A DNA stretch of 62,748 nucleotides, filler included, from Sphacelaria rigidula (GCA_964200075.2; 7 parts of 7 records of this genome joined end to end with filler, not necessarily neighbours in it); one strand, 5' to 3'; numbered from the whole stretch's first letter, positions 13,070-26,033 are shown. A program made the numbers and translations. The notes: generated from the sequence alone by a model not told the origin.

Positions 13070-14450
13070 GAGGCAATCGCGAAAAAAGGTCAGCATTGCC
13101 GTTAGTTTTGCCCGGACGGTGTTTAACAGTGTACTGGTAAGCTGTACTGGTAAGCAGTCAAGAACTCCAGCCACCGTTGTACGCGGGGGTTATGTCCTCC
13201 AACCTTAGCGAGTTGTTCAAGAGCTCCGTGATCTGTATAGATGTGGAAAGGCACGTGGAACAAGTACTGTCGAAACCGTTTAATAGCCCAAGTTATGACT
13301 CCGCCTTCTAGTTCGAGTGGACTCTAGTTTGCCTCGTTTGGGAGGGTTGCGCGGCTAATGTACAAAATAGGTCGGACAGAGCCATCCAGTTCAGACTGAT
13401 TCAAAACTGCGCCGAACCCATCTGTGCTAGCATCAGTGTGTGGTTGGAAAAGACGCGAGCCGTCTTGTACCGCATCCCAATCCGGAAAACAAAGAGCCGG
13501 TTCTTCGGTCAGTGTTTTGAGCGATTCGCGGGTGGTAGCTTCCATTTCTTTAGTGAAGACAAACGGAACGTTTTTCTTCAATAAATCGGTGATGGGCCGG
13601 ATCCGCGTGGACATTTTGGGCAAACATTTTCGATAATAAGAAAGTCCGCCCAACAGCGAGCGAAGCTGCGAAATATTGGTGGGCATGGACATATCAGTCA
13701 TAGCCTTGACGTTGTTCGTGTCTGGGTGCAATCCAGCAGGGGAGATAGAGTGCCCCAAAAAATTCAATTCAGTTGCTCCGAGTCGAGCTTTGGATGGAGA
13801 CAATTTCAAGTCGTGTGTACGCAAATAGGAGAGGAATTTTCGTAGAGTGCGAACATGCGCCTTGGGGGAGGCATCAAAAGCGATAGCATAGTCTAGATAC
13901 ATGATAACATGTTCGAGATCGTCAGTAACGCGTTGCATGAGGAGTTGAAAGCAGCCAGGTGCTGTGGCAGCGCCTTGTGGCATACGAAGCTATTCATAAA
14001 GCCCTGAAGATGTACAGAACGCTGTCAAGGGAACTGTATCGGGGTGAATTGCATTTTGGAAAAATCCAGATGCCAGATAGGAAGTGCTGAATATTTTTCT
14101 TTCGCCGCGAGAGTCGAAGACTTCGTCGATGCGAGGTACGGGGTCTCCCACGACAGTGACGCGATTCAGTCGTTTGTAATTCACGGTGATGCGTATGTTG
14201 CCATCTTTTTTGGGGACGGCCACGAGGGGTGAGGCCCATGGCGAAGACGAGTGTTGAATCAGACCAGCTCCTAAGTATGCATTCAAAATAGCGTTGACTT
14301 TTTTGGTGAGGAGGGGATTCGTTCGATATGGTCAAGATGAGATTGGCGAAACGCCAGGTTGCAGGGTTTTCTCGAATGACAATATATTACAATGCCCGAG
14401 ATCTGTCTTGGATTGGGAAAATCTGTCCTGATATTCCAGGAGAACATCTT
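13070..14450 (-). pseudogene. pol: Reverse transcriptase + RNase H remnant
   Basis: SSSPWASPLVAVPKKDGNIRITVNYKRLN, TAFCT, MPQG, YLDY (YLDD mutated), FLGH, TDAS..GFGAVL, TDH and NADLFSR. Confidence 0.92.
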
Positions 14451-15129
14451 GTAACTCTTGGATGTCTGCGGGCTCCCAGCCCGGACCATGTAGATCGAAG
14501 TGGATATCACGCAAATGAGGTGGAAGTTGGTGTCACATTTGCAGGAAGTATTCCCGAGACTCGACCGATAAGCGTTGAAGCACTTCATCCGGAGGTTTAG
14601 CAGGTGGTCGGTCGGACTCCACCGCAGAAACCCGAGTCGGGGATGAGGGGGAGACGTCAAAGTATGGCTCATCAACGCTGTGAACAGAGTCATCAGTCGG
14701 CGGTGTGGGATCAGGCGCCGAAGGGTCGGCTATACAGGTATCCAGACGAATGTGCATAAGAGGAGCCGCGGCGATGCCCAAGACATCGCCAGGTTCCAGA
14801 TTAGCATGGCCTGTGAGAGGCAGGAGTTGTTCACCGTCCGAAACAAAATGCTCAGTGCCAGCGGGCGCACCAACCTTAGGGAGCAATTTCGCAAGGTAGT
14901 GGCCGGTGAGGGCAGGCATACCGTTGCGGCGAACAAGCAAAACTTCCAAGAGTTGAGGCTCGTTGGAAAGGGTGACGCCAGAACTGCCATTGTACCGAAG
15001 GTGGTGAGCCGCTCCGGTAGCCTGCTCATTCTTTTTGTAGGTCAAGGCACCACTGACGGTATCAAAGTGTTCTAGTTGAAGTTCTCCACGAGGCGCCGAT
15101 TGAGGCGATAATGGTGGGAGGGTGCGGTA

Positions 15130-15513
15130 CGTACGTTGGTCGAACCGCATGTAGCTATCTCTGCCAAGGAGGAGAGCATGATGCATGGTCCTATCAGGGA
15201 CGATGTATGCCCAGACTGCGAGACTAGCCGAACGTGTATCATCGTGGGAAAATTGCACACGAACACGAACAGATTTTCATGTTGTCAAAGGTGTGTTGGA
15301 ATCGCCGAAACTGCCCCAAACGCGAGGTTGAGTGGTGATTTCGCAGACATCGGAAGCAGCGCTAGTCTGGTTCATATGATTCCACATGGATTCTTTGATG
15401 AATGTCTGTGGACTATCGCTGTCAAACAACGAGACGCACTTGGCGCGCGCGGTGGCGTAAGGGCCGTAGTGTACTGCTACGCGGGTAGTGAAGGTAGCAG
15501 GATCAACGGACAC
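15130..15513 (-). pseudogene. pol: Retropepsin (aspartic protease) remnant
   Basis: LFDSDSPQTFI (D-S-G motif mutated), followed by ALLLGRD. Confidence 0.75.
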
Positions 15514-16566
15514 CTTACCACCGACGAGGTCAGGACCATATTCAGATAACGTGAATTGGTCAGAATCAGTCGGACTGACCGTAGAGACGGATGGCGGGTG
15601 ATCCGCGGGGGGTTCAAAGGTATCGGTAGACAGCGCGGGGTTGTGCTCCGATCGTGAAGGGCAGCGTGAATCAGGATTTTGAGCAATCTCGTAGATGACT
15701 GGCTTGGAAATACAGGGTCATCATTGAAGAGAATTGCTGCGAAGTGCCACGGGGGTCATCAGTGGAGCATGCGGTACCGTGTGAAAGGTCCGATTCGGAT
15801 TCCTCTTGGATGCCTGGCAATGTCATCGAGCTCAACGTCGTCGCTTTTTGGGGAGAATGAGGTCGGAATTTTCCGCTGGCGGGAGGGGTACGTGTCAATG
15901 CTCGCGCTTCCCTGGGGGCATGACGACGAGGCTTCCTCTCGTGCCGTGACAAACGGCTGGGATCTTTCAAGACTTCTTGGAAAACTGCAACTGCGTCCAG
16001 TTGAGGTGATGTTGTCAGCATCAGGGCATGCTCGCCCGAAACTTGTAGACTGTCCGCTGGCAAGCCCGGTACAAAGGACACTGCTAAATATGAAAGGGGA
16101 CGAGTGTTGTTCGTTGTATGCCGGTGTAGTTTCGCGCAGAAGAGTGGCGCGAAGAACGACTGCGATCAGGCTGGGTAGGAGTCGAAGGATTTGAAGTGGT
16201 CAATTTCAAACCATCAGCACCAGAACCAGTTGAAGGAGGTCTGCTACAACCTGTGCGTGCGGTCGTTGAGGGAAGCCTGTGCCTCAAGGGTCCGCGGTCG
16301 GTTTTCCCACACCTCAGATTTATACTTCGTTTCGGAGGACCAAGTCTGGAGCCAAGCATAGAGCTGGGTGGTGGGTCAACACAACGGTTATGCTGTGTGT
16401 GTGAAGATAAAGACGGGGGCCGAGAAAAACGGCCGTCATTAGATCTCCTACATAGTGTTGAAGAGTTTGGGTGAGAACGTTTTGTCACCCGAGCGACGGT
16501 GTGTGTTGGATGAGTCTTCGATTCTGCTATCGGCGGCGCCGAAGACTTCACGCCGTCGTCGGCGTG

Positions 16567-17722
16567 TCATGGGTCGTTGCGATCCGTCATGAAAGAACCA
16601 GGGTTTCTAGTATTGGGGTTTGAGTTGTCGTGACTCGGTCCCGATTGCTGGTGATGACCATGCGAAGACTGAGAAGGGCGGACAGAACTATCTCTGTGGC
16701 GAGTACCGGTGACGGTGTTGGTGATGTGGCGGCGGTCGCGATGTGAGTGAGAGTTGCTATGATTGTTGTAAGGCTGGCGATGGTGGCGAGTAGGTGTACG
16801 ATACTCGCGCACGCGTTTTTGCCATCGGCGCCACGCCGGCCCGTTGCTCTGAAGTTCAGGGTTCATGAGCGAAAAAGTATTGATGCAAGGTTTAGGGCCG
16901 TCACGCATACTGTGACCAGTACCATTGCAGTTGATGCATGTGCTAGCATGGCGACGAAAAGCATCCTTGACTAATGCCGAGATAGCCCCCCCACAAGAAG
17001 TGCACCGGAGACCGTCCGGCAAACCGGCTGCGATCCCACTATTGGGCTCGTTTGCTGCAATTTCGCCCACATGAGAGGCGTGCAGCAGTCTGAAATCAGC
17101 TATAACGTCCAAATGAGTCGCGTCGTGCGGCACGAAACCAGCTCTAACGGCATTTATGATCATCGCTTCCGTGCACTTTTTATGCCGGTTCGGGGGGGGG
17201 CTATCTCGGCAGCAGTCCCTTGCGAGCCGAAGGCGAAAGCAAGGGGGTCCACAAATGCGGGTCATCCGTGATGAAAGCAATTGTGGAAACGACATAAACG
17301 TCATCAAAAGTGTCTGCCGAATAAGGCCAAGCGTCGAGGCTTGCTCGGAACGGGTCCTTTTTGCTATGAACAGGCATGACCGATCCACCGACAGAGTTAG
17401 GTGTCTAAGTATTACTGGACAGAGACTGAGTGCGTCCACGAGACCCGGAGGTACTCACGGATGCGGCACGCAAAGTCTGCGAAGACCCAGAAGAACACTG
17501 TGTGCCACGAATGGCAGGCGTGAAATTATGTTCCTGGTCTACAAACGCAGACCACATCTCGTCTACGGAGGCGTAAGGCCCCTCTTTGTGCGCCAGAGCG
17601 CCCGGGAACAGAGACGGCATCAGCGTCGGGAATTGCTGAGCGATACTATTGCGAACATACGTCTGACACATCGCATCACTAGGGCCATTCTGTGGACCAG
17701 TACCAGTGACACTAGACACCAA
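16567..17722 (-). pseudogene. gag: gag-like region with degenerate zinc knuckle
   Basis: CINCNGTGHSMRDG matches CX2CX4HX4C with the last Cys mutated. It lies upstream of the protease. Confidence 0.7.
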
Positions 17723-17858
17723 AAGCTTGAAATCGCGTAGGTAGTCAGCAAAGAACAGCCGATTTCATATTTTGGGGTTCATACAAAATATGGGGCTGAA
17801 GTGGCATATAACAACAAATTGTGAGAATTGAGGTTTAACTTCGAGATGAGGCTCAAGC

Positions 17859-17958
17859 NNNNNNNNNNNNNNNNNNNNNNNNNNNNNNNNNNNNNNNNNN
17901 NNTTAATTAATTAANNNNNNNNNNNNNNNNNNNNNNNNNNNNNNNNNNNNNNNNNNNN
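17859..17958. other. Artificial contig linker
   Basis: N/TTAATTAATTAA/N, 100 bp. Confidence 0.98.
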
Positions 17959-18179
17959 ACAGTCTACAATGAGTTGCTTTATTGTCTGGTATTACCACTT
18001 CCAGAGACAGCCACGGCTTATACACTGCCTGGAGGGGGGTTGCCTCAAGGGTGAACGATTTTTTATTTCTAGATCACGACTGACGATACCAGGATGTACT
18101 TGAAGGGGGAGAGGGAAGGGCGAGGGGTGGGGAAAGGACAGCAAATACCGCCTTAGCAATGAACTGTACTAAACTGTAC

Positions 18180-18635
18180 CTTGAGATTGTCGTTCGCAGG
18201 GTTCAAAAGATCTCGTATCTTCTCGTTGTAAATTTCCACGTAGGTCGCCGTGAGCACGTATTCCCACCCCTGCTCCCGCCGCGCATTCGCGTCCGCCAGC
18301 ACGCTCGCCACGGCCCTCGGTATCACACCCGCGTCGCTCGCGAAACACGAACGACCACCACCATCAGGGGGGCGAGAGGCAGCAGTCGCACCCATCGCAG
18401 AGGTAGACGCAGCGGTGCCAAGGGCTTCGGAGTGAGGGTATCGTTGTTCAGAAGGGTTGTACTGGTCGTCATGGTAGTAACCGGCGGCCGACTGTGACGA
18501 AACGGAGTGGAAGGAGGCGTCGGCCGCGCCACCCATCGTGTAAGTCTTGCCTGAGCCCGTCTGACCATACGCGAAGATGGTTCCGTTAAAACCTTGAGCC
18601 ACGCCGTGCGCGACGAGCTCGACCGCCTCGTACAC
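18180..18635 (-). CDS. Kinesin motor domain exon (P-loop)
   Basis: GFNGTIFAYGQTGSGKTYTM and YVEIYNEKIRDLL. Acceptor GGCAG|GTG and donor AAG|GTACAG; 456 nt, phase 0. Confidence 0.95.
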
Positions 18636-20776
18636 CTGCCACGGCCACGTCATTATACCAGAACGAAATCGTTGAACATATGCATACATATTCTCTATTT
18701 TTTCTTTCCGGGGCCGAAGGTCGGCATTTCGGCTTTTACAGTGTGTGGTTATTATTTGTGCACAATCGGATAACTCGGACTCATCATCCTCACGTACCGT
18801 ATTGAAACACCACGATATGATACCCGCACGTTAAGTACCACTTCTCCCTTAATAATACCACCAGGTGACATCTACAGCATTATGTCAGGGTACGTTGAAT
18901 ACCACTCACCCCCTGAATAACCGCGGTAATGAATTTTCGACACCAAACACGAATCACACGCGGGTGTAAGCTGGGTCACATATATGGTGCAAGCTGCAGT
19001 CCCGGCCGCTACACAGTACCTCGGGTCTAAATTTACGGGTCCATATTTTTGAGTCGCTCGTGAGGTATGAGTGTGGCAATGTGTCCCGCAGGAGCCAGAA
19101 TCACGAAGTCCTCTGTACGCGTAGGAGTGCGAGGGGCTGTGAGACAAGCTCACAAAAAAAACCCTACTGAGCAGGGTACCATACGAGTCTCTTTGCAACC
19201 CACTGGACTGTAACGCATAGATCATCGAGCTGTGACGTTAACGTGATCCACTGACAAGAATCACCATGCGACAATCACGATCACATTTTCGGGCTGCGGA
19301 GTGATACCTTTATTTGTAGTTATTCATTGTTCGAATACCAGATTCATTCAACGGAATTTTTTTAATCAGAACTCGGTCACCATAATTTGCAAGTTGTTAA
19401 TATCGTTGGAAGCTGGTGAAAACCGATCGTTCTCGGAGAATATTCCCCAACTTTGTGTTGTCGCGACACCACGGAGTAAGGACCCATTTTTTTTTTGGGG
19501 GGGGGGGGGATTATAGTCCCTATATTGTCGAAAAACATGTTTTTTCGACTGAAGCGCAATAGTGGCTACTCGTAGAAATTTAAATGAACAAACCATGTGA
19601 TCGATCACTGTACCGATGGGGATTTGGTCAATCGAGCGAAAGTCTCAAAGAGTCGGAACCTGACGCTATGTACTCGAAGGCTCGTCAAAATGATATTTCT
19701 TTCGGAGTATGTGTCGAAAAAGGAAAAAACGAGCGAAAATATTATGTTTTGAATACTGACCAATATACAGCAGTCCTGTATGAACATTACCATTTGAGTA
19801 TGAAGAGCTATACCGCTGGACTATCCGACACCCGCACGCAACACTCACAGTACAGCAGTACATAGGTTCCCGCTCTTCGCGCACAACAGCGGTGGCACCG
19901 ATCATCGCGATTCCATGCTTTCACAGTTCGACTGTCTACGGTATTAACCCTTAGACCGCGAGATTAGTCTTTGTGGATCATGCATACTTTTTTTCACTTG
20001 AAATTGATGCCGACTCAACAGAAGACTAACCTTGCGGTTCAAGGGCATGTTCTCAAGCTATAATAGACGCCCACCAAAATCCGCCTCTTTCAGCCTCGCC
20101 CGACTCAACCCCTTTGGCATTAATTCCTCAAAATATGTATTCCTAGGTGGCTTACCGAAAACATTTGAGAAACATTGGTGTGTGGCCACGCAATTGATAG
20201 GATTCGGGGATTAGGGGCCACGGACTACAGGTTATGTTCTGATCCAAGATGGTGTTCGCAAGCAGAGACGTACGTCACCATTTTTTGCACCCCAAATTAC
20301 TTCCTATTTGCCCGATTTTGTTAAGAAACGTAACCCACCGCGACGACCGCAAAATACTGACTTGGAATACAAGCTGGACCAGCAGTATATCCCGCATTTG
20401 CATGCCACACCATAACTTGTCAAGTCTACCAAATCAGCCCGACTTGAGCATATCGCTGTGAACTGCAGACCGACCTGGTAACGCACGGCACCGCGCTGAA
20501 TGAAAACAAAATGAAAAAAATGTACTGCATAATGTATGACCTTACTGACGGAACAAAATGAAAGAGGAATTATGTCGGGATAGAAACTCGTGACATCCAT
20601 AACTGGAATCTCCTGTACCATTAGGATTAAAGGGGCGCAGCTGTGTCACACAAAAAATTGCACGCTGGGCCCAATTTCAGGATTTCTTCGGCCGAAATTG
20701 CACCAGATTTTTCTGAACACAAGTACGCACAGCAACACGAGAGACTCGGACGCATTTCTCTATTTTCACGGAGTTA

Positions 20777-21248
20777 GAAGATCTTTTATGGCAACCAATC
20801 TCGATTTGTACAAATATGAGGATTTCAGCCCGTCTATAGGCGATATTCTCCTCTGGATTGATTTTTCGGACCCCAGTCCGTTGGGCAATATTTTTCGGCT
20901 CCATGTGAGGAAACCAAATCAATCCTTCGATTCAATGAGCGTTGACTTTTCGTACATCACCTTTCTGCTCAAATCGGGACACTCCCGCATCTTCCCCCAT
21001 GTTTAAAAATAATCGGCGGAGATGCGGCGAAGATGCGGGAGTGTGTCCCGATTTGAGCAAAAAAGTGATACAGCAGAAGTCAACGTCCAGAGAATCGGAG
21101 AATTGATCTGGTTTTCTCAGATGTAGCCGAAAACCATTGCCCAACGGAATGGGGTCCGCAAAATCAATCCACGGTAAAAAATCGCCTGTAGACGTACTGA
21201 AATCTTCATATTTGTACAAATCGAGATTCATCGCCATAAAAGATGGTC
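20777..21248. mobile_element. Palindromic PIF/Harbinger MITE, family B, 472 bp
   Basis: Termini are GA(A/C)(G/C)ATCTTTTATGG. TTA lies at 20774-20776 and 21249-21251. Arms of ~220 bp surround a loop at ~21001-21020. Confidence 0.85.
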
Positions 21249-21251
21249 TTA

Positions 21252-21720
21252 GGCTATTTCTCACTCATAAAATAATCAAAGTTGTTGAAAAGTGCATTTT
21301 TGATCCTTCTCCGTCGTTTTTCCCCCGAAAAGAGGGCTAGGAGGCTATCGACACCTTGGAATGACTTGCTCTACTCGCTGAGACGGTTCCAGAGCACACG
21401 TGCGTTTCCCGTAGGTCACGGTTTCGGTTTTGGCCAAACTTGCATTTTCAGTAACAATCGGTCAAGTTATCTAAACCAGGGGGGAAACTGTCATTTTTTC
21501 GGTAACTTCACCGTTTGTTATTGAAAATGAAAGTTTGGCCAAAACCGAAACCGTGACCTACGGGAAACGCACGTGTGCTCTGGAACCGTCTCAGCGAGTA
21601 GAGCAAGTCATTCCAAGGTGTCGATAGCCGCCTAGCCCTCTTTTCGGGGGAAAAACGACGGAGAAGGGCCAAAAATGCACTTTTCAACAACTTTTATTTC
21701 TCGATACATGAGAAGTAGCC
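21252..21720. mobile_element. Palindromic PIF/Harbinger MITE, family A, 469 bp
   Basis: Termini are GGCTA(T/C)TTCTCA. TTA lies at 21249-21251 and 21721-21723. The arms are near-identical, which is why mirror ORFs 21282+ and 21690- translate almost identically. Confidence 0.9.
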
Positions 21721-23383
21721 TTATGTCATTTTTCCAGTTTTTCCACATCGCTCTATCTTTCTGTTTTTTCTTCTTTTCCTTGGCATCCCGCGTGATGTGG
21801 TGCGTACTGATGATGAAAATATCGCGTCAAAATTTCAGCGCACAATTTCTTGATTTACCCACAGCCGGGTTTGGAAGCATGAAAAAAACATGGTCAGCTG
21901 GCCCAGCTCGTATGACATTATAACAAGCTGTAGGGTCGCATTGGAGCGCCGGGGAGCCCCCCCCCGAAGGCAAGGAACATCAAAACATTCAAAACGGGAG
22001 CTTATCGGTTGCCATTTATGTATACAGTGGCGGTCTTGTCATGAACTGAAAATCAGACTCGGCCTAAACTTCTCATCTGATGCAACGCTTGATTATTATC
22101 TGTCCTGTTGGACTTAGTGTAGCAGTTGCCGCTGAGACTCAACATCCTTCTTTATCTAGGCTTCAGCTTTGTAAGCGCGCTCAAGGTTTAGCTTAATTTG
22201 GGGTTCTCGGGCTTAAATAAGCTTTTTTGTTCGAAAAGCTTAAAATGTGCTCGAAACGCGCATAAAATTGCGATATTTTTTCATGCGTCTCCTGCAGCCA
22301 TTGTATCAGCTGCCTGAAAGCCTGAAAATGCACCTTATGGCCTGTGGCGTGACTGGTGACTCGTCACCAGACAGGCTTCAATATTCAATACCCCAAACTG
22401 CCATGGTTGTGGGTCTGACCCTAAAAACGTTCCTCTGTGTATTTCGCATATTGATATCATGTCAAATTGAAAACTGTAATCAACATTTTGTACAATAGGT
22501 GTGCCGTGGGGTCCATTGTACATTGTACAGTATAGAGAAAAAGCTTAAAATGGAGCATAAAACAAGGGGGAAAGCCTATAGAAACAAAAACAAAAAATAC
22601 GGAGCGAAGCCTGTCTTTATCTGGGCCTGATTTCCTCACAGCCTGCTACTGTAATAATAGTTTCTTATAGGCGAACCGTTACTGTATGATCAATTATTCC
22701 TTGTTAACCCCTTTGGCACTGGCGATAAAAAAGTGTGGATGTCGAGGTGCTGTTTTTGAACGACGTATGGTTGAGTTTTTACAGCTTTCAGGCAAAACCA
22801 TTAATCCGAGGCGTGTTTCTCGGACCCGTGTTATCATTTATTATTATTTATCAGACCCGTGTAAAAATATATCAAGTGCATAACGGGACTCAGTATATAG
22901 AATAGACAGGCGGTGCCGATTTTGTTTGTATTAAAGTTTAGGGATGCAAGCGCTATTTTTGGCTGTTTGGACGAAGTTGAAGACACTTGATCCGTTGCCT
23001 CCCCTCATTGGACAAAACTAATCCGACTGCACCGGGGTGACATTTTTGGTGCGCGCATGACGTATGTTGGTGGATTCTTCTGTGGCCTTCCGCCGTAAAA
23101 ACGGTTGCCGTCGGTCTTTGCTGTTCCGATATCTTCTTACTTGTCAGAGTATGAAATATTGAGGCATCTGGCCCGGGGACGGAAGGGGAGCATTCCCAAA
23201 GGAGTAGTGGTGTTCCAGATTCAGTTTACATTTGCATGTTTGTACCGTGCCTTGTACTGCTATGTATCTAGTTGCCCTAGGTTTGAGTGTTGCGGGTCGA
23301 GTGCTGATACCTGAGCAGCATGCAGCTTGTCTTCCGCGCATTTTGCAGTGGCATGGGACAGTAACCACAATTAAAATTAATAT

Positions 23384-23466
23384 AGGTATCTCCAACTCAA
23401 GATTTGCGGTATATTTGCTAGTAATCTACAGGTAAATATACCGGGAACCTTGAGTTCGGGATACCT
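23384..23466. repeat. ~83-bp stem-loop (AGGTAT...ATACCT family)
   Basis: AGGTATCTCCAACTCAAG...CGGTATATTTG pairs with TAAATATACCG...CTTGAGTTCGGGATACCT. Confidence 0.75.
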
Positions 23467-23679
23467 CCAAAACTACTACGTCAAGCGTGTATACAAATTA
23501 TCTCCATATCTCTCCGCAAATTCAGGCAATCATACTGTATACTGGAACAATAAAACCACAGAACAGCTATGGTACCGTCTTGGCCGAGCTCCATCAAGCT
23601 AATGAACCGAAAGGGGGGAGAACTCCCGTGATGATCCCCCCCACGTCAATGAAACAGAAAGCGCGACCCATTCTTATTA

Positions 23680-23764
23680 GAGGTATTCCAAACTCGGGCT
23701 TCCCGGTATGTTTGACTGCATATTACTGTGAAACATGTTAGGAAGCCCGAGTTTGACATACCTC
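23680..23764. repeat. ~85-bp stem-loop (AGGTAT...ATACCT family)
   Basis: GAGGTAT..CAAACTCGGGCTTCC pairs with GGAAGCCCGAGTTTG..ATACCTC. Confidence 0.75.
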
Positions 23765-24342
23765 AATTACAATGAGACAAGAATCAGGCGTATTCCTCTG
23801 CTGTTAGTTGGGAAAGCGCTACCGAGACAACCTGTTCAATGATACGTCTTTATCCCAGAATGTCATGGTGCTATGCGGCGCGCGTCTCCCTCCTGCACCT
23901 CGCCCCCTCCCTACGCTCTCCCCTTCCTCCTACATGTCTACAGTACGGTACTCGCAGTACAGTATAAGCATGCAGTACGCACATCATCAGATTGCCGTAC
24001 GATGAATGCCCTCACTTGGAACATGACCGAATGAATGCTACAATATTGCAAAATTGTCACCGCCCAGCGGGATGTTGCCGCGGGTAACCCAACGCTAGTT
24101 TCCTGTCGCCGGCAACGTACGCCCCTTTACCCCTTTGATAAACAGGGTAGCGTATATGTCCAACCGGCATCATCTTCACTTACTCTTCAACTGTGAGTGA
24201 CGCTGATTCGACAGATTGCTTACCCTGGCGGTCAACGGGGAAGATGTCGGCCGGTAATATTATTCCGAAATGAGGTCCGGCGCCCGAGGGATTTAGGGGT
24301 TGACAATTGTTTCGAAGTTTGAATATACATGAAAATATTCAC

Positions 24343-24861
24343 CTCTGACTGGTCAGCGCCAGGCCGAAAGACCTCGTCAAAAGCACGCCTGCTCCATGCA
24401 CTGCCTATGCGCACAGATACCGTTTGTAGCGCTGCACCACCCCTGTCTCCGCCTCCTCCTTCATCCACAAAGCCGCCGTCGAAATATAGCCAATCTCCGC
24501 TGCTGCCCCTGCCATCATAATCCTCTTCCAAATACTCCCGAAAGCGACAGATAACTCGTACACGGCTGTCGCAATAGTCTAGCCCCGGACGCACGCCGCT
24601 GCCACCTCCTCCCGATCCCCTACCGTTGTCCTCCTGCTGATCCTCGTTGCTGAATTCTTGGCTCGCCTTGTCCGGGCTGCTGCTTGCTGTCGTGCTGCTC
24701 GGCAACGAATCGGCCCGATGCTGCTGGTGCGGTAAAGGCACCTTTGCTGAATCCGTGCCTGGCACCACCGGCGTTGGCGGCCCCATACTGTTGACACAAT
24801 TAACCAGAGGCGATTTATGCTGCTCCTTCTGTTCTCCTTCCATAACTGGTGCGGCGGTCAT
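24343..24861 (-). CDS. Kinesin N-terminal exon (start of motor domain)
   Basis: SRVRVICRFR...RAFDEVFRPGADQSE. Donor GAG|GTGAAT splices in frame to VYEAV at 18635 across a 5707-bp intron. The 5' boundary is uncertain. Confidence 0.88.
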
Positions 24862-26033
24862 GGCGATGGCTATAACGGCTGTAGAAACACCCCTGATGCA
24901 GTGCAGCAGCAGCAGCAGAATCTAAAATGACGTTTGCGGTAGGTGCTGCTGTCGGCGGTTGCTCGTGTGCTGCACCAAAGTTTGAAAGTTTGAAAGTGGT
25001 TGGCAGAATGCGGGCATTTGACTCCACGGCCCCACACCCACTGTATGCTACACTATTTTATTTTTCACCCGTTCATGCAGCTTAGCACCACGACAGACAA
25101 CGCTGATGTGCAGTTTGGGCGATCGTCGGGGGCACGGTAATGATTCTCCTTGAGCTCCTGCCCTGGCCTCCGGTTGTCTCACGCGGTGCCACCCCGACGC
25201 GCTTCGTTTCCTGCAGGATTTGGAGCTCTTCTGATGTGCCGCAACTTCGTCGTACACATACAGGCAGGCGTAATGTCTAGTAGCAAGCACTTGCAAATCT
25301 CAGGAAAATAACCACCCTGTCTCTTCGATACACTGCCCGTATTTTGTTTTTTGTGCTTCGCTGTAAGCAAGCGAGGCGCTACCGCCGTTGTTGGTCAATA
25401 TCTGCATGAAAGCTGCGGTACGCCGTGTTTGCAGGACGAGACTGTCAAGTTTCAACGTTTTTGCGGCATGAACAGTAAGGCATGAAGGGCAGTACCTTTT
25501 TTGCTACCTCTACTTGTCTGATGCACACCTGGTCATGCTTTTCACCAGCGGAAGAAGTTTCGTGTATCTCGAAAGGGTACAGGTGTATTGCCCGAGCACC
25601 TCAGCGTGTCTAGATCAGGCAGAGTTGCACCCAAACCGCAAGCGGACCAGGGTAGGTATGGGTAGCCTCAGGTGTAGAACAGCTTGTGCGCATTGAATTA
25701 CTGTATATTTTGACTTTTTGCAGCCATAAGGACATGCATGCGGTCCGCACCAGCCGCCAGTGAGGTTTCCAGGACCTTTCTTTGGAAAATACATGTACTG
25801 TATGTATATCGACAGTCGATGGAATCGAACGGTGCGAGGTAGGCATGATAATAGTTACTGTATGATGTACATACTTCCTCTGTCCCATAAGCTTGTACGG
25901 ATCCTTGACCCTTTGATCGGCAGGGTATAGGTTATCTGAGTCGTTCAGGTATTTTCAAGTAAAAGTGAACATAAACATATGACCTCGGGACCGCGAGCAA
26001 ATGGTTGACAGAGCCCGTTTTTTCAGGACTCTT

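Larger units (their letters stand above)
10760..17858 (-). mobile_element. Decayed Ty3/gypsy (chromovirus-like) LTR retrotransposon internal region
   Basis: Domain order is gag-PR-RT-RH-IN-chromo, with many frameshifts and stops. The 5' end runs into the contig end and the LTRs are not confidently delimited. Confidence 0.93.
20370..21912 (+). mobile_element. Non-autonomous TA-flanked (Tc1/mariner-like) repeat hosting two MITEs
   Basis: Ends in GCTGGCCCAGCTCG|TA. Colinear with the reverse complement of 45914-46510 apart from a ~947-bp insert. Confidence 0.6.

Noticed and set aside
21282-21690. Duplicated small proteins on opposite strands (also 48379-48798 and 29260-29869)
   Set aside because: Mirror ORFs are a by-product of palindromic DNA, and there is no coding signal.
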